NCBI GenBank assembly: GCA_003971905.1
Contig: RSEE01000086.1
Location: forward strand, 1 to 64,000
Length of the DNA: 64,000 nucleotides
From: Moniliella sp. 'wahieum'
Taxonomy: Eukaryota
Reading direction: 5' to 3'
Positions 61,111 through 64,000 of this stretch are shown in pieces (the stretch's first letter is position 1; every line of letters starts with the position of its first letter). Under the pieces are notes generated by a model. The model did no database searches, was not told where the DNA came from, and saw only the letters and a list, made by a program, of their open reading frames with translations. The position numbers and the translations under genes were made by a program.

Positions 61111-64000
61111 ATGTCGGCCCCTGCTGGCCCGCCGACGGATGTCCGCTCGGTGCTGGTCGCCATCAACGCCGGCGTGACGCTTGCCCCGCCCGCGCCCGCT
61201 TCCTCCGCCACGCCGGGCTCCGCCGCCGCCCTGCCCGTGCTGCCGCCCAGCGCAAAGGCCACCCTGCTCGATGCGCAGATCCATGCCCACCAGACCCCTC
61301 CTTGCCCATCTCCGCCAGCATGCCCAGCAGCTTACCCACCATGCTGAAACCGCCGATTCCCTGCCTGCGCGGGTCGACGAGCTGCGCGCCCGCCTTGCCC
61401 GTCTTCGCGCCACTCCATCGCTTGCGCCGATCGATGCTGCTCACGACGTACGTCTAGGTGGGCCAGACTGGCTCCACTGCCCTTCTCTTACTGACTCGTC
61501 GTGTTTGTTTGTTTGGTTGGTTGGTGGCCGTGTTGGCACTTGCTGGCTCTGCACAGCCCATCTCTGTCCCCGCCGCGGGCACACCGGTCTGGTCGGCCAA
61601 CACACCCGCCTCCGGGCACTGACAGAGCTGTGTCAAGCGCTGGTTGCGCCGCTTCAGGCGGTGGAGCAAGCCGAGCTCGCCTGGGCCAGTGGCGACCTCT
61701 CCAACGTCCTCTGCGTCAGCGGCCCCAAGGCCCAAGCGGCCGTCCAGGAGCTGGCGCAAGGCCCGCAAGCATGGGCCCTGTCTTCTCCTGGCATTGGTTT
61801 TGTCCATGCCATCGCCGCCCGCGCCGACAAGGTGATGGAGCAAGCAAGTGCGCTCACGCTTGCTGCCTGGCACAGCGCGGTCCAACTGACCACCGAGCCA
61901 ACCGAGCCGAACGAGCCGACCAAGCCGACTACGGTCCATTTGGCCTTGGCTTCGTCCATCTCGGTTGCCGCTCTGCGCGACGGCCCTGCGCATTCGCTTG
62001 ATCTAACCTCCGACTTGGTCCCGTTGCTCCTTTCGTTTCACCCTACTGTGTTCTCTGCCCTCCTGACCACCCTTGAGAACGTTCTCTTCACACCTCTTGA
62101 GCATGCCGCCGAACAGGTTGCGCCTGCCACAAGGGTTGCCCTCGATCGCCCCCCACTGGATCCTCGATTGGAACTCCAAGCCGTATCTCGCTATGCCGTG
62201 ACGTTGACTTGGCCTCCGGGCCCCGCATCCGAAACCCTGGTCCGAGTGCTGAGCTGATCGCGGCCGTAGCAACGGCGACACTGAGCTCACCTCATAGTCA
62301 GGAGGACCTTCCTGCGCCCCAGGATGAGGAGGTGCGGTTGTTGCGCAAGCGCACTGTCGACGTCCTCTTGGCCTGGCACCGCGCTCAATTGGCCGCGATC
62401 GACCTGCTCGCTCCCGGCTGAGGAAGCGTCGGTGGTCCGGGAGGAGGCACTTCAACTCCTCCACGCATGGAAGCGTTTGTCAATGTCGGAACCCTTGATG
62501 GCCAAGGGCCAAGCGCAAGCGACCGAGGCACGCACGACGCTTGCACGCCTCCTTGTCGCCGCCCGCGACACACCCCGGCCATGCGCAAAGCCGTGCTGGC
62601 GGCCCAGGTGGCCCGTGTGCGCGATGCCGCTAGTGGCCAGGAATCTGGGGCGCCACCGGATCGGTGGGCGACAGTCTCCTCAATGCTGTCTACTTCGACG
62701 GCTGTGTACGCATCGATCGGTGCTCCGCCTCTGGCGCTCCCCGGCTCAGAGTTTGACACGAGCAGCAATCAAGATTTTGCTACGCCCTTGGCTCAGCCCA
62801 CCACTCCTGCGGGCGTAGAGGACCCCAGCCCCTTTCGGCAGCACGTGGCATTGCCCGTAGCGGACGCATGGTCTCCAGCGCCAGCGCCATCGCCATCGCC
62901 GACGCCGGCAGCGAGCCTGGCCCCTTCCAACTCCATCGGAACGGGGATGGCGCGGGGAGGACGGAAAAAGCTGGCGGCGCGCCGAATCCCAGCGCAGGCC
63001 CAGCTGGGTTCGGGCCCGTTCCCTTCGACGAGATGCGTGGGGGCTGGAAGAACCCCGCTTCCGGTCCCGGCCAAGCCTTCGTCCGTTCGCTCTTCCAGCG
63101 CCCTGTCCAGCCGCGCCCTGCCCTCGCGGCTGGGCCAAGTCCGCTCCTCCTCGGCGCGGGCGCGAGTGCAGGCGCAGGCACAGGCGCGCGCGCGCTTGGG
63201 CCCGGCCTGGGCCTCGCTGGCACCAGCTTGGGCGGCAGCATGGCCGGCAGCGTGTCGGGCAGTGTGCGGGCAGCGTTGCGGGCAGCGCGGCGGGGAGTCC
63301 CCCGTTGCGCCCGTCGCCCAGCCCGGTGCCCGTGCCCGTTCTGGGGTCCGATCTGGGCTCCAGCGCGCTGCCCTCGTCGCCGCGCCCGGTAGTGGCCAGT
63401 CCTCCTCCGTTGCCCAGCACGCTGTCTACGTTGGGGCACAGCCCTGCCTTGCCCTCGGCGCCCAGCCCGTCCTTGGCGTCCCCGCCGCTCCCCGGCCCTC
63501 TGGCGGGCTCGTCATGGGCAGGACTCGCTTCGGCCGCCACCAGCCCGCCGCAGGCACCTGCGCTCGCCCTGTCCCCGCGCCGCGCCTATTCCCCCTTTAG
63601 TCTCGCGCTGCCCCGCAAGCGCACGCGCGCATCCCCCTCCTCGGCCCCGCGGCGGCCCAGTGCGACGCTGAGCTCCCACATGTCCCTCTCCCCGCGGCCC
63701 ACCTCGAGTCTGTCGCGCACGTCGTCACAAGCGTCGGTCCGCCCGGAAGAACGTGGGTTAGGGGACGCTTGGGACTTGGCTCCAGAGTCGGTTCCCTCAG
63801 AGAGCGCGAGTGCTGCTCCCACGCGCGTCGTGTCTTTGCCCCCCATTGCTTCGCCCCCGCCTCCGCCTACCGCCCCTTCCCCGCCCCTGGGCAAGGCGAG
63901 CGAGCCGAGGAGTTGGATGCACTTGGTTTCTGCTGCATCTGCAGCGCTGGCTGATCATAGTTCGCCTGGTGAAGATGCCTGGGACTTGGGCGACGACACG
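61111..64000 (+). CDS. Probable Dsl1/ZW10-like ER tethering subunit (runs off window)
   Basis: N-terminal coiled-coil/helical region, then a low-complexity region with repeated acidic-Trp motifs (DAWS, DAWDLA, EDAWDLGDD) like the COPI-binding lasso of Dsl1. Confidence 0.45.

Noticed and set aside
5238..64000. Mass pseudogenisation or programmed frameshifting of most genes
   Set aside because: Frameshifts are single-base, affect essential genes (PPCDC) and also distinguish the near-identical TRIM copies; motifs are intact. Best explained by uncorrected long-read indels.
1..64000. rRNA, tRNA or other structured RNA genes
   Set aside because: No recognisable cloverleaf or rRNA signature seen by eye; a covariance-model search would be needed to exclude them.

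Overview
Left end of a fungal chromosome. It starts with a short (CCCTAA)n telomere tract; the GC-rich, intron-containing genes (GTRYGT...CTRAC...YAG introns) suggest a basidiomycete. After about 5 kb of degenerate subtelomeric DNA come lineage-specific genes (two related F-box genes, a gene with 41-aa repeats) and then conserved genes: Rom2/Rgf-type RhoGEF, HAD hydrolase, expansin-like DPBB protein, DUF1295, SH3-RasGEF, Tvp38, PBDC1, VPS9 + PPC decarboxylase, aldose 1-epimerase, Zn2Cys6 factor, DPM3 and a probable Dsl1/ZW10. Almost all long genes carry single-base frameshifts, most likely uncorrected long-read errors, so gene ends are approximate. Main findings: (1) an apparent single gene fusing a VPS9 Rab5-GEF to a catalytically complete Hal3/Cab3-type PPC decarboxylase; (2) a tandem non-autonomous LTR element (LTR-int-LTR-int-LTR) with a GTCTC target-site duplication and an unusual primer-binding site resembling the complement of a tRNA anticodon arm; (3) a pervasive intergenic signature of 7-bp-period arrays built from A....T hexamer palindromes. 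All calls are from reading the sequence; no searches were run.
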